From the NCBI GenBank assembly GCA_044229975.1, contig JBGARZ010000011.1, positions 160,001 through 224,000 on the forward strand: DNA of 64,000 nucleotides. The letters run 5' to 3'. The position numbers were made by a program, and so were the translations under genes. Numbering within the stretch: position 1 is the stretch's first letter; each line of letters starts with the position of its first letter. The DNA is from Polyangiales bacterium. GTDB taxonomy: Bacteria; Myxococcota_A; Polyangia; Polyangiales; Ga0077539. This document shows, in pieces, positions 9,764-20,185 of the stretch. The notes beneath the pieces are model-generated. The model saw only the letters and a program-made list of their open reading frames with translations, was not told the DNA's origin and made no database searches.

Positions 9764-11047
9764 TCAACCTTCTCGCTGCATCAGCTCGGTGTACCGCTCG
9801 ATGGCCGAGATCACCGCGTCCGACGCGTCGGTGAACTCCAGCCCGAACGCGGCACGTCCACGGAGTGTTCCCGCCCGGTGACGCGCCCAGCGTACGAGCG
9901 CCGAGCACTGCACCACCTCGCCGGTCGTAGGGAGCGCGAACCGCACCACCACCCGATCACCCTGCGGCAGCTCTCCGCTCGCGATGACCAGCAGTCCGCC
10001 CGCGGAGATGTCCTCGCTGCGCCCGTCGACCACCGCACCCGTCGACGACATCACCCGCAGCGGCGTCTGATAGAACGACCGCACGTACCGTCGCCGTGGC
10101 CCCTCGTCGGCCGTCCCGCCCGTCATCCCACCGCCGCCCGTCGCGCGCCGCACCTCGTCGGGCGCCGGGGGCGTGTCGTCGAGGAAGCGCGTGGGCGTCT
10201 TGCACAGCCCCGACGTGTCGAGCGCGTCGAGCAGCGAGCGCGCCGAAGGAAACCGAAACGCCGCCACCGGGTGCAACAACCGATCGACGATGGCCGCCAG
10301 CGCCGGCGGAACATCGGGACACACCGACGCGATGGGCGTCACGCCCGGCAGCGACGCGCGCAGGTGCGCCGTGTCGAGACCGCCCGGCATCGGAACCTCC
10401 CCCTGGAGACACTCGAAGAGCGTCACGCCCAGTGAGTAGAGGTCACTGCGCGCGTCGAGCGAGAGGCCGCGAATCTGCTCGGGGGACATGTACTCGGGCG
10501 TTCCGACCAACGGCTCCGGGTCGCTGCTCGCGTCCTCGTCGTCATCGCGCGGGAGCGACGCCACGCCGAAGTCGAGGAGCTTGCTCAGCTCGCCCTGCAC
10601 CCCGCGGATGATCATCACGTTGGACGGCTTGATGTCCCGGTGCAGCACCCCCATCGCGTGCGTCGCCGCGAGCGCGATGGTCACGTGCCGCGCGATGCGG
10701 GCCACCTCCTGCCAGCGCAGCGCGCCACGCGCCGCCAGCAGACCATCGAGCGAGCGCCCCTCCAGCAGCTCGGTCACCACGTACACCCGCTTGCCGTCGA
10801 AGCCCGCGTCGTGGACCTCCAGCACATACGGGTGCCGCACCACGCCCAGCGCGCGCGCCTCGTCGAGGAGCTGCCGACGCGCCACCGGGTGCGACGCGTA
10901 CGACCCGTTGAGCACCTTCAGCGCCAGCCGCCGCGACGTGTAGCGGTGCACCACCTCGTAGACCGTGCTCATCCCGCCGCGCCCGAGCTGCCGCCGCACC
11001 TCGTAGCGATCGTCGATGATCAGCCCCGCTTCCAGGTCTTCCGCCAA
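9764..11047 (-). CDS. Ser/Thr protein kinase with C-terminal PilZ domain
   Basis: LGRGGMSTVY, HRDIKPSN, DFG, GTPEYMSPE; C-terminal RRRYVR and DISAGG; TTG start inferred from an upstream GGAG. Confidence 0.9.
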   Translation of the reverse strand: MAEDLEAGLIIDDRYEVRRQLGRGGMSTVYEVVHRYTSRRLALKVLNGSYASHPVARRQLLDEARALGVVRHPYVLEVHDAGFDGKRVYVVTELLEGRSLDGLLAARGALRWQEVARIARHVTIALAATHAMGVLHRDIKPSNVMIIRGVQGELSKLLDFGVASLPRDDDEDASSDPEPLVGTPEYMSPEQIRGLSLDARSDLYSLGVTLFECLQGEVPMPGGLDTAHLRASLPGVTPIASVCPDVPPALAAIVDRLLHPVAAFRFPSARSLLDALDTSGLCKTPTRFLDDTPPAPDEVRRATGGGGMTGGTADEGPRRRYVRSFYQTPLRVMSSTGAVVDGRSEDISAGGLLVIASGELPQGDRVVVRFALPTTGEVVQCSALVRWARHRAGTLRGRAAFGLEFTDASDAVISAIERYTELMQREG

Positions 11048-11250
11048 TGCCAATGCTCCAACGCCCTCGTGACGGACCGCGTCTCGTCGGTGTCGTGTGC
11101 CCGCGACGCGCCCGCAGGATAAGCCCCTCCGCCCCCCTCCCCGCAACAGGAACCTCTCTCCCGCCGCGCGACCCTTGTCGGCCGACTGTGGGTGCCTGTC
11201 AGCCCCGTCTGGAATGACGACTTCCCGTGTCGTTGGGATAACATCGGTCG

Positions 11251-14200
11251 ATGCGACGCAGCCCCCTCGCTTTACTCCTCTGTGTATTGGCGATGGTCGC
11301 CGCGTGCGCCGACCCGCAGCGCGCCAACCCCCCGGCCGACGTCGGCTACGTCAAGGACATGGACGCCGGGATCTATCCCGACATCCAGGCGGTGGAGGTT
11401 CCCAACCGGGACGAGCGCCCCGTCGGACCGATGACCGGGCAGCGCTGCCCCGACGACCGCTTCTGCCCCGCGGGCACCCGCTGCATCGGCGGTCGCTGTG
11501 CCGAAGACCCGTGCTCCACCACGCAGAACTCCTGTGGCGAGACCGCCACCTGCTACGCCCAGTGCGTCGCCGTGCGTGACCCCTGCGCGGGCGTCACCTG
11601 CGCGGCGCGCGAGACCTGCGTCGAGGGTCGCTGCGTCGCGGGCTGTTTCCCGACGCCCTGCACCGGCGTGGTGTGCGCCGACGGGCAGTACTGCGACCCC
11701 GGCACCGGCGACTGCGTGGCCGTGCGCCCCTGCACCGCGCCCTGTCCCGACGGCCAGGCGTGTCACCTCCAGTGTTATCCCCGCACGGCCTGTGATGGCG
11801 TCACCTGCGCCACCGGCCAGTACTGCGTCGAGGGCCGCTGCGTCGACAACCCCTGCGCCAGCGTGACCTGCGCCGAGGGCTCGGTGTGCGTCAACGGCCG
11901 CTGCCTCGACTCGTGCCAGTGCGACCCGGCGTGCAACCGCGGCCGCAACGACCGCTGCGTCTTCGGGATGTGCGTGTGCACCCCGGACTGCTCGCCCGAC
12001 GCGCCCTGCGGCGCCGAGGACGGCTGCGGCGGGCGCTGCCCCGGCTCGTGCTCCCGCGCGGGCGAGACGTGCAACCCGACGACGCGCATGTGCGAGTGCG
12101 TTCCGTCGTGCCCGGCGGGCGCGGCGTGCGGGTCGGACAACGGCTGCGGCGGGCGATGCGACGGCGGCTGCGGCACCAACGAGCGCTGCGACCCGGCCGC
12201 CCGCGCCTGCGTCTGCGACCCGCGCTGCCCCGACACCAACCCCTCCACCGTCGCGTGCGGCGAGGCCATCGCCAACGTCTGCCCCGGTCAGCCCGCGTGC
12301 GGCACCGGAACCCGCTGCGCCGACGGCCAGGCCTGCGTGGCCGGGCGCTGTCAGTGCACCGTCTCCTGCCCCGCGGCGAGCGCCGTCGACTGCGGTCAGC
12401 CCATCCGCACCGGCTGCACCGGCTCGCTCTGCGCGGGCACCGGAACCCGCTGCGCCGCCGGGACGGTCTGCACCGCGGGCGTGTGTCGTTGCGCGCCGAG
12501 CTGCCCCAGCGTGAGCCCGCTCTCGGTGACGTGCGGCGCGCCCATCGCCAACGCGTGCCCCGGTGAGCCCGCGTGCGGGTCGGGCCTCATGTGCCCGCCG
12601 GGTCAGCGCTGCAACGCCATGGGCACCTGCGAGTGCGTCTCGTCGTGCCCGGCACCCAGCACCGTCGCGTGCGGCGCGCCCGTCGTCGGCTCGTGCCCCG
12701 GCGTCCCCTGCCCCAGCGCCGGAACCATGTGCCCCGTCGGCCAGGTGTGCACCGACGGCCGCTGCGCGTGTGATCCGCTGTGCCCCGGCGCCGCGTCGGT
12801 CGCGTGCGGCATGCCCATCACCAACCGCTGCCCCGGCAACGCCTGCACCGGCACCGGGACGCAGTGCCCCGCGGGCCAGCGCTGCAACGCATCGAACGTG
12901 TGCGAGTGCGTCCCGGCGTGCCCGGCGGCGAGCTCCGTCGCGTGCGGGACGGCCATCCCCAACGTGTGCCCCGGCAACACCTGCCCCGGCACCGGAACGC
13001 AATGCCCGTCGGGCATGACCTGCTCGGGCGGCACCTGCGTGTGCGCCTCGTCGTGCCCGGCGGCCAACACCGTCACGTGCGGCGCGGCCATCACCAACCG
13101 CTGCGCGGGCCTCACGTGCACCGGCACCGGGACGCTCTGCCCATCGGGGCAGACGTGCACGGGCGGCACCTGCGTGTGCACCAACCGCTGCCCCACCACG
13201 AGCCCTTCGACGGTCGCGTGCGGGACCACCATCGCCAACGTCTGCCCGGGCGGCCCGTCGTGCGGGACGGGGACGATGTGCCCGTCGGGACAGACGTGCT
13301 CCGGGGGCGTGTGCGTGTGCAACCCGATGTGCCCGGCGGTGAGCACCGTCGCGTGCGGGCAGTCGCCGCCGAGCCGCTGCGCCGGCGTCACCTGCCCCGG
13401 CACCGGGACGCTGTGCCCATCGGGTCAGGCATGCACGGGCGGGGTGTGCACGTGCGTTCCGCGGTGCCCTGATGCGAGCACCGTCGACTGCGGATCCGAG
13501 GTGGCCAACGTCTGCCCGGGTCAGCCCGTGTGCAGCTTCGGCACGCGCTGCGACTCCGGGTCGCTCTGCATCTCCAACCGCTGCCAGTGCACCTCCATGT
13601 GCCCGACCACGAGTCCGGCGGCGGTTCCGTGCGGGGTGAGCATCCCCAACCTGTGCAGCGGCGCGCCCGCGTGCGGGACCGGGACGCAGTGCCCGGCCGG
13701 GCAGTTCTGCAACAGCTCGACGCGCGCGTGTCAGTGCGCGCCCATGTGCCCCGCCGTCGACAGCTCGCTCTACGACTGCGGCGCGGCCATCCCCAACACC
13801 TGCGCGGGCGGACCTTCGTGCGGCACGGGCACCCGCTGCCCCTCGGGCCAGGCGTGCACGGGCGGGGTATGCCAGTGCGTTCCTGCGTGCCCGACCACCG
13901 ACCCGGCCACCGTCACCTGCGGCGCAACCATCGCCAACGTCTGCTCGGGCGGCCCCTCGTGTGGTCGCGGAACGCTCTGCCCCACCGGCCAGGTGTGCAG
14001 CTCGTCGGGGACGTGCGTGTGCACCCCGCGCTGCGCCCCCGACGCCGAGTGCGGCGCGAGCGACGGCTGCGGCGGTCAGTGCGTCGGTCGCTGCGCCGAA
14101 GGGCGCGTGTGCACGCGGGACACGGTGGACACCACGCGGCTGTTCTGCGCGCCCGCGTCGTGCCCGACGGGTTGCGCCTGCGGGCAGGTGTGCAGCTTCG

Positions 14201-14310
14201 GGACGTGCGTCTCGCTCTGCGCGCCGGGCACCCGCATCTGCGGCTGCAACAACTGCTGCGCCGGGTCGCAGGTGTGCACCGGCGGCGTGTGCGTCGGACC
14301 GCCGCCGTAG
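11251..14310 (+). CDS. Giant Cys-rich repeat lipoprotein (1019 aa)
   Basis: Signal peptide with VAAC lipobox; about 13 tandem ~46-aa 8-Cys units (CxxxCP..VxCGxxIxNxCPG..CGTGTxCPxGQxCxxGxC). Confidence 0.9.
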   Translation: MRRSPLALLLCVLAMVAACADPQRANPPADVGYVKDMDAGIYPDIQAVEVPNRDERPVGPMTGQRCPDDRFCPAGTRCIGGRCAEDPCSTTQNSCGETATCYAQCVAVRDPCAGVTCAARETCVEGRCVAGCFPTPCTGVVCADGQYCDPGTGDCVAVRPCTAPCPDGQACHLQCYPRTACDGVTCATGQYCVEGRCVDNPCASVTCAEGSVCVNGRCLDSCQCDPACNRGRNDRCVFGMCVCTPDCSPDAPCGAEDGCGGRCPGSCSRAGETCNPTTRMCECVPSCPAGAACGSDNGCGGRCDGGCGTNERCDPAARACVCDPRCPDTNPSTVACGEAIANVCPGQPACGTGTRCADGQACVAGRCQCTVSCPAASAVDCGQPIRTGCTGSLCAGTGTRCAAGTVCTAGVCRCAPSCPSVSPLSVTCGAPIANACPGEPACGSGLMCPPGQRCNAMGTCECVSSCPAPSTVACGAPVVGSCPGVPCPSAGTMCPVGQVCTDGRCACDPLCPGAASVACGMPITNRCPGNACTGTGTQCPAGQRCNASNVCECVPACPAASSVACGTAIPNVCPGNTCPGTGTQCPSGMTCSGGTCVCASSCPAANTVTCGAAITNRCAGLTCTGTGTLCPSGQTCTGGTCVCTNRCPTTSPSTVACGTTIANVCPGGPSCGTGTMCPSGQTCSGGVCVCNPMCPAVSTVACGQSPPSRCAGVTCPGTGTLCPSGQACTGGVCTCVPRCPDASTVDCGSEVANVCPGQPVCSFGTRCDSGSLCISNRCQCTSMCPTTSPAAVPCGVSIPNLCSGAPACGTGTQCPAGQFCNSSTRACQCAPMCPAVDSSLYDCGAAIPNTCAGGPSCGTGTRCPSGQACTGGVCQCVPACPTTDPATVTCGATIANVCSGGPSCGRGTLCPTGQVCSSSGTCVCTPRCAPDAECGASDGCGGQCVGRCAEGRVCTRDTVDTTRLFCAPASCPTGCACGQVCSFGTCVSLCAPGTRICGCNNCCAGSQVCTGGVCVGPPP

Positions 14311-14379
14311 CGGTCGCGAGAGCCCAGCACCAGAAGCCCGGATGGGTCGGAGAGCATTCGCTCAGGTCGACCCAAGGCC

Positions 14380-14404
14380 CCTCACCGTCGCGAAGCGACG
14401 GGGC
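14380..14404 (+). repeat. REP-like short hairpin (cctcaccgtcgcgaagcgacggggc)
   Basis: Identical 25-mer at 55003-55027; variant on the minus strand at 24157-24183. Confidence 0.75.
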
Positions 14405-14479
14405 TCCCGCCCACGCCATCGATCGTCGAGGGCGCCCGTCCCGTGCTCGTGGACGCGCGAACGGGTCGCCGTGCCCGCG

Positions 14480-14834
14480 GTGAGCGGGACCCACGCCGCG
14501 GCGTCAGCGCGGCGCGCGACGGTCAGGCCCACAGTCCCCGCGGGCCCACGCCGCGGCGTCAGCGCGGCGCGCGTTGGTCGGGCCCACAGTCCCCGGGGCC
14601 TACGCCGCGGCGTCAGCGCGGCGCGCGATGGTGGGGGTGTCGGTCATTCGCGGGGGTAGCGATGAGGTCGTTCGTGGACGCGCGCGTGAGGGTCGCCGAC
14701 ACGTGTTCGTTGGACACGCGAGAAGGATCGCCGGCTCCGCGTTCGCGAACGCCCCGCACGCGGGGCTGCTCACGCTGAACCCGGGACCTGGTACTGACCG
14801 CCTCGCCTGCGCGAGGCTATCTGCACGAGCGTCG
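14480..14834 (+). repeat. Left arm of long inverted repeat (tandem 54-55 bp hairpin units plus ~107-bp core)
   Basis: Units start at 14490, 14545 and 14599; core 14728-14834 matches the reverse complement of 15819-15926 with about 5 substitutions and 1 indel. Confidence 0.88.
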
Positions 14835-14989
14835 GTCGCTGGAGCGACCGCCGAGAAGGTGTAGTGGGCCACTCGAAGACCGTGCCGTGCTCGCGTCAGC
14901 ACCCGGTGGCCACGAGGTGAAGTCGATGCGGGTGACGCGTACGCCTCAACGGTGCACGGCAGCGATCGCAGGGAAGACTCGGCCTGCGG

Positions 14990-15739
14990 CTACTTGTCGA
15001 GCGGGGCGCCCATCGCGGTCAGGATGCCGTCGCGCGTGGTCTCGCCGAGGATGGAGTCGATGAGGGTCTCCTCCTCGGTGAAGTCCGTTCGCGGCGTCTC
15101 GAACATCCCAATCTTGGTGCCGCTCTCCTTCACAATGACCACGAAGCTCTCCTCGCGATCCAATGTGTGGAAGACCCGGGTGCTGAGCTCCGCGGACACG
15201 GCCGTGGGGAACGACCCCAGCGTCCTGTTCTCGAGCCAGCCGAGTACGTGCGCGCCCTTCGGCTCCAAGCGCAGCGTCTGCCTCTCGCGTTTCACCCCTT
15301 CCCCGATCGCGTCCTCTACTGCCTCGATCGTCGCGTTCTCGACGAACATGAAGCTTCGGGTCCCCGGAGGTTTTGGGGGGAACATCCCGCCGAGCTCCAA
15401 CTCGATGACGAACAGCTCAGGGTCAGGGGCTTTGTCGTACTGCAGGTCCTTCGCGACCTTGCCGCGCCGGCACGTCGTGACCCGTTCGTCGTTCTCTCGG
15501 AAGGAGACCACGTACACCGGCCCCTCGCAGTTGGCGGACAGCTCCCGCGCGACCTCGATCTCCCGCTCGTCGTGCGGATCGCCCGGTTCGTAGTCGACGA
15601 GCGCGAGGTAGGTCCCCTCACCGCGAACCAGCTTGCAGCCCTTGAAGAGCCCGCTCTTCCGGCGGGTCAGGGCCTGGAGCACCTTCGCGGGTACGGCAGC
15701 GATCAACGCGCTCGTGGGGTCAGTCGTCGGGGTCGGCAT
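14990..15739 (-). CDS. Orphan hypothetical protein (possibly immunity-like), cargo between inverted repeats
   Basis: 249 aa, acidic, no signal peptide, apparent two-fold internal similarity (ARELSANCEGPVYVV / SAELSTRVFH); visibly less GC-rich than flanks. Confidence 0.75.
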   Translation of the reverse strand: MPTPTTDPTSALIAAVPAKVLQALTRRKSGLFKGCKLVRGEGTYLALVDYEPGDPHDEREIEVARELSANCEGPVYVVSFRENDERVTTCRRGKVAKDLQYDKAPDPELFVIELELGGMFPPKPPGTRSFMFVENATIEAVEDAIGEGVKRERQTLRLEPKGAHVLGWLENRTLGSFPTAVSAELSTRVFHTLDREESFVVIVKESGTKIGMFETPRTDFTEEETLIDSILGETTRDGILTAMGAPLDK

Positions 15740-15818
15740 CGCGCCGAACCATAGCCTTCGATGGCTCGCTCCCTCCACTTGCCGGACACCTACGCCCGCT
15801 CGTCGAGTGCGGAGCGCT

Positions 15819-16061
15819 CGACGCTCGTGCCGATAGCCTCGCGCAGGCGAGGCGGTCAGTTCCATGTCCCGGGTTCAGCGTGAGCAGCCCCGCGCCGCGG
15901 GGCGTCCGCGAACGCGGAGCCGGCGACCTCATCGCGCCCCCCGCGACACGACGACCGACATCGCGACGATCGCGCCGCGCTGACGCTGCGGCGTGGGCCC
16001 CGGGGACTGCGGGCCTGACCATTGCGCGCCGCGCTGACGCCGCGGCGTGGGCCCCACTCAC
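15819..16061 (-). repeat. Right arm of long inverted repeat
   Basis: Reverse complement of the left arm; about 2 tandem units, lacking the ~58-bp segment at 14671-14727. Confidence 0.88.
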
Positions 16062-16223
16062 TGCGTGCCGACACCCCCGCGCCAACACCCCATCCGTCAC
16101 GCCTCCACTGCCCCGAAGCACCCCGTCCCTCTCCCCATAAGTCCCCTACTTTCGCAGTCCCTGCGCGACGTCAGCCCCGCTTCGTTGGCAACCCGTCACG
16201 CTCCGTCTAGCTTCCGCGCCGCC

Positions 16224-19200
16224 ATGAACCGCGCCGCCTCCTTCTTCCTTCTCCTCGCCGCCCTCGCCGCAGCCTGCGGGCCCGCCCCGGTCAACAACAC
16301 CATCACCCCGACCGGCGACGGCGCCGTGACCTTCGACGCCCCCACCGACGACACCGCGGCCCCCGCCGACGGCACCGTCACGCCCGACGGCAACACCACC
16401 CGCGTGAGCTGTACCGACGACACGCCCTGCACCCCGTTGGGCCAGCGTTGCTATCGCCCGCTCGGGTACTGCGTGCAGTGCACCGCCGACGTCGAGTGCT
16501 CCGGCGGCGCGCAGGTGTGCACCCAGGGCCGCTGCGTCGATCGGGTGAGCTGTTCGACCTCGCGGCAGTGCCCCGGCCAGGTGTGCGACCTCGCCCGCAA
16601 CGCCTGCGCCGATTGCGTCGTCGACCCCGACTGCACCGGCGGCGCCGTGTGCCGACTCAACAACTGCGTCGCCCCGCCGACGGCGTGTACCTCCGACCGG
16701 ATGTGCGCCGCGCTCGATCAGGTCTGCAACGTCGCGCAGGGCCTCTGCGTCGACTGCAACGGCGACCCCGACTGCTCCAACGGGTACTGCACCCCGGCCA
16801 ACACCTGCCTGCCCCGCATGTGCACCCCGAGCGCCACCGAGTGCCTCGGCGTCGACCGCGTCCGCACCTGCGACGCCCGCGGAACCCGCTGGAGCGAGTC
16901 CGCCTGCACCGGCGCTACCGTCTGCTCCGAGGGCCGCTGCGTCGCCCGCGTGTGCGCGCCCGACGCCCGCTCCTGCGCCGACTCCGACAACCGCCGCGTC
17001 TGCAACGCCGACGGCCTCGGGTACACCGCCACTGCCTGCGCCGCGGGTGAGTCCTGCGACCGCGGCGACTGCCTCCCGCGCTCGTGCACCCCCGGCGCCT
17101 CCGTCTGCTCCGACGGAACCACCCGCCGCGTCTGCAACGCCGACGGCCTCGGCTTCGCCGTCTCGCCCTGCCCGAGCGGTCAGGGCTGCGTCACCGGGGC
17201 GTGTGTTCCGTTCGTGTGCACCCCCGGCGCGTCGACCTGCTCGGACGGCACCACGCGACGGCTCTGCGCCGCCGATGGGCAGAGCTTCACCAGCGCCCCC
17301 TGCGCGGCCATGCAGTCGTGCACCGGCGGCGTATGCGTCGCCTGGCGCTGCACACCGGGCGCCTCGATGTGCGTGAGCGGCGGCCGTAGCACCTGCAACG
17401 CCGACGGCCTCGCCTCGACCACCACGCCCTGCACGTCGACCGAGACCTGCCTCGTCGACCGCTGCGTCGCGCGCACCTGCTCGCCCTCCACCAACTTCTG
17501 CGACGCCATGGGCAACCGCCAGCTCTGCTCGGCCGACGGAACCTCCTCCACCCCGGCCCCCTGCACCGCGAGCCAGACGTGCTCGGCGGGCATGTGCGCG
17601 CTCCGCGGCGAGTCGTGCCCCGGCATCGACCTCGTGCCCGACGGACCCACGGCGACGGTGATCCCGACGGGCTTCTCGACCACCGCCGACGTGGGCACCG
17701 CCTGCGGTTCGAGCTCGTCGCGCACCGGGTGGACCGACGTGGTCTTCCGCCTCCCGCTCACCACCGCGCGCGACGTCACGCTCGTCGTCAACACGGGGCT
17801 CTCCAACACCCGCGTGCAGCTCCAGTCCACCTGCGCGACGGGACAGACCGCCATCGGCGCCTGCCTCTCCGGCGGTAACCCCACGCGCCGCTACCGCAAC
17901 CTCGCCGCCGGAACCTACTTCGTCGTCGTCGAGATCTACGGCACCACCGGCCCCATCCAGATCGGCGTCACCACCGCCCCGCCCAACACCCGCCTGCCGG
18001 GCGACGCGTGCCCCGGCGTGGACGTCCCCGTCGACGCCGCTGCGACCACCATCAGCACGGCGATGTTCGACACCGTCTCCGACGTCGGAACCTCCTGCGG
18101 CTCCGACGCGAGCGGCACCTCGCACGACGGCTACACCGACTGGATCGCCCACTTCACCCTCGCCACCACCCGCGACGTGAACATCACCGCCGCGCCCTCC
18201 AACGGCTACACCAGCCGCTTCGAGCTGCGCTCCGGCTGCGGCGCCGCGGGCGCCCCCATCGGCGGCTGCTACGCCCTCACCTCCCTCAACCGCCGCTACC
18301 GCGCGCTGCCTCCCGGCGACTACTACCTCGTCGGCGAGGTGGGCGGTGGCGCCGCGCCCGGCAACGTTCCGGTCACCATCACCACCAGCTCGCCCGACAT
18401 GCGCGCGACCGGCGACTCCTGCGCGTCGGCGGTGCCCGTCACCCCCGATGGCGCGGTTGCAAGCATCCCCCTCGCCACCTTCGACAACGTCTCCGACGTC
18501 GGGACCCCCTGCGGCTCCACCCGCCCCCGCGTCGACGGCTGGTACGACGTGATGTGGCGCTTCTCGCTCACGGCCCCGCGCGACGTGCGCTTCAACTTCG
18601 TCAACCTCCCGAGCACCGCGCGCTGGCAGGTCTACCAGGGCTGCGGCGCCTCCCCGATGGGCACCTGCAGCAGCACCTCCGGGAGCGCCGCCGCGGGCTG
18701 GGTGCGCGGCCTCGCGGCGGGTGACTACTACGTCGTCGTCGAGTCGCAGTACACGTTCTCCTTCCCCACCTCGCTCCAGCTCACGACGGTGGCGCCCGGC
18801 ACCCGTCTGCGCGGCGACGCCTGCTCGACCGCCGCCGAGGTCACCATGGACGGCAGCACACCCGTCGTCGGCGTCACGGGCTTCGACCTCGGCGCCGACG
18901 TCGGAACCGCCTGCTCCACTACCGGCTCGCACGCCGCGTTCAGCGATGCTGTCTGGCACTTCCGCCTCACCGCTCCGCGCGACGTGACCCTCGCCTTCTC
19001 GGGCGCGCCGTCGAGCTTCTCGTGGCAGCTCCAGCGCACCTGCGACACCGCGGGCGGCGTCGTCGCCGGGTGCCTGCTGAGCTCGTACTCGGGCACACGC
19101 CGCTACCGCGACCTCCCCGCGGGCGACTACTACGTCGTCGCCGAGTGGTCGGGATCGGTCACCAACTCGTTCTCCATCACGGCCACCAGCACGACGCCCA

Positions 19201-20174
19201 CGACCCGCGTGGCGGGCGACGTCTGCGCCACGGCGATCACGGTCACCCCCGACGGGTCGGCCGCCTCGGTCGCCGTCGATGGCCTCAGCCTCGGCGGGGA
19301 GTACAGCACCCGCTGCGGGTCGGGCCCTTCGGCGCCGACTTCGTATCGCGATGCGGTGTTCAGCTACACGCTCACGGCGACGCGCGATGTCACGGTTTCG
19401 GTCAACTACGCGAGCACGGCGTCCTTCGAGGTGTGGAGCGCCTGCGGCGACAGCACGTCGGCCCTGCTGAGCTGCGCGCTCACCAGCGGCGGCGTCGGCC
19501 GCATCACCATCCCCCGCCAGGCCGCGGGGACGTACTACATCGTCGCGCAGACCACGGCTTCGGCGGGGCCGCTCGCCGCCTCGGTGAGCACCACGGCCCC
19601 CGGCACCACGAGCGGCTACACCCTCTCCACGTCACCGTCGGGCGTCACCTACGTCAACGTGTGCGGAACCACCGGCGCCAGCTCGGTGCTCCCCAACACG
19701 GACGACGACGCCGTCACCGCGCGACTGCCCTTCGACTTCCGCTTCTGGGGAACGCTCATCCCCACCAACAGCAACGTCGGCATCTCCAGCAACGGGTTCA
19801 TCACCATGGACGGTGTCGCCTACGCGGAACTCTCCGGGGCGATCCCCGACGTCACCGCCCCCAACAGCGTCATCGCCGCCAACTGGATCGACCTCGTCAC
19901 CGGCACCACCGGCGTCTGCTACGCCACGCAGGGCACCGCGCCCAACCGCCGCTGGGTCGTGCAGTGGGCCAACGCTCGCCGCTACTCGGGCTCCGGCCCC
20001 ATCAACATGGAGATCATCCTCAACGAGTCGACCAACACCATCGACCTCGTCTACGACATCGCCATGACCAGCGGCGGCGCGGTCGGTGTCGAGAACGCCA
20101 CCGGGGCCGCCGGCGTCGCGTATCCCATCACCTCCAGCCTCGTCGGCGCGCGGCTGCGCTTCACCCCCAACTGA
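16224..20174 (+). CDS. Large surface lipoprotein: Cys-rich repeats, 5 PPC-like beta modules and a C-terminal NIDO-like domain
   Basis: LAAAC lipobox; RRVCNADG repeats; five G(D/E)xC...LxAGxYxVVxE modules; DDD...LPFDFRFWG...SSNGFIT...IAANWIDL. Confidence 0.88.
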   Translation: MNRAASFFLLLAALAAACGPAPVNNTITPTGDGAVTFDAPTDDTAAPADGTVTPDGNTTRVSCTDDTPCTPLGQRCYRPLGYCVQCTADVECSGGAQVCTQGRCVDRVSCSTSRQCPGQVCDLARNACADCVVDPDCTGGAVCRLNNCVAPPTACTSDRMCAALDQVCNVAQGLCVDCNGDPDCSNGYCTPANTCLPRMCTPSATECLGVDRVRTCDARGTRWSESACTGATVCSEGRCVARVCAPDARSCADSDNRRVCNADGLGYTATACAAGESCDRGDCLPRSCTPGASVCSDGTTRRVCNADGLGFAVSPCPSGQGCVTGACVPFVCTPGASTCSDGTTRRLCAADGQSFTSAPCAAMQSCTGGVCVAWRCTPGASMCVSGGRSTCNADGLASTTTPCTSTETCLVDRCVARTCSPSTNFCDAMGNRQLCSADGTSSTPAPCTASQTCSAGMCALRGESCPGIDLVPDGPTATVIPTGFSTTADVGTACGSSSSRTGWTDVVFRLPLTTARDVTLVVNTGLSNTRVQLQSTCATGQTAIGACLSGGNPTRRYRNLAAGTYFVVVEIYGTTGPIQIGVTTAPPNTRLPGDACPGVDVPVDAAATTISTAMFDTVSDVGTSCGSDASGTSHDGYTDWIAHFTLATTRDVNITAAPSNGYTSRFELRSGCGAAGAPIGGCYALTSLNRRYRALPPGDYYLVGEVGGGAAPGNVPVTITTSSPDMRATGDSCASAVPVTPDGAVASIPLATFDNVSDVGTPCGSTRPRVDGWYDVMWRFSLTAPRDVRFNFVNLPSTARWQVYQGCGASPMGTCSSTSGSAAAGWVRGLAAGDYYVVVESQYTFSFPTSLQLTTVAPGTRLRGDACSTAAEVTMDGSTPVVGVTGFDLGADVGTACSTTGSHAAFSDAVWHFRLTAPRDVTLAFSGAPSSFSWQLQRTCDTAGGVVAGCLLSSYSGTRRYRDLPAGDYYVVAEWSGSVTNSFSITATSTTPTTRVAGDVCATAITVTPDGSAASVAVDGLSLGGEYSTRCGSGPSAPTSYRDAVFSYTLTATRDVTVSVNYASTASFEVWSACGDSTSALLSCALTSGGVGRITIPRQAAGTYYIVAQTTASAGPLAASVSTTAPGTTSGYTLSTSPSGVTYVNVCGTTGASSVLPNTDDDAVTARLPFDFRFWGTLIPTNSNVGISSNGFITMDGVAYAELSGAIPDVTAPNSVIAANWIDLVTGTTGVCYATQGTAPNRRWVVQWANARRYSGSGPINMEIILNESTNTIDLVYDIAMTSGGAVGVENATGAAGVAYPITSSLVGARLRFTPN

Positions 20175-20185
20175 TCCTCCACCCA

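Noticed and set aside
14490..14630. Possible CRISPR array
   Set aside because: Inter-repeat segments are near-identical, there are fewer than 3 full units, and no cas genes are present.
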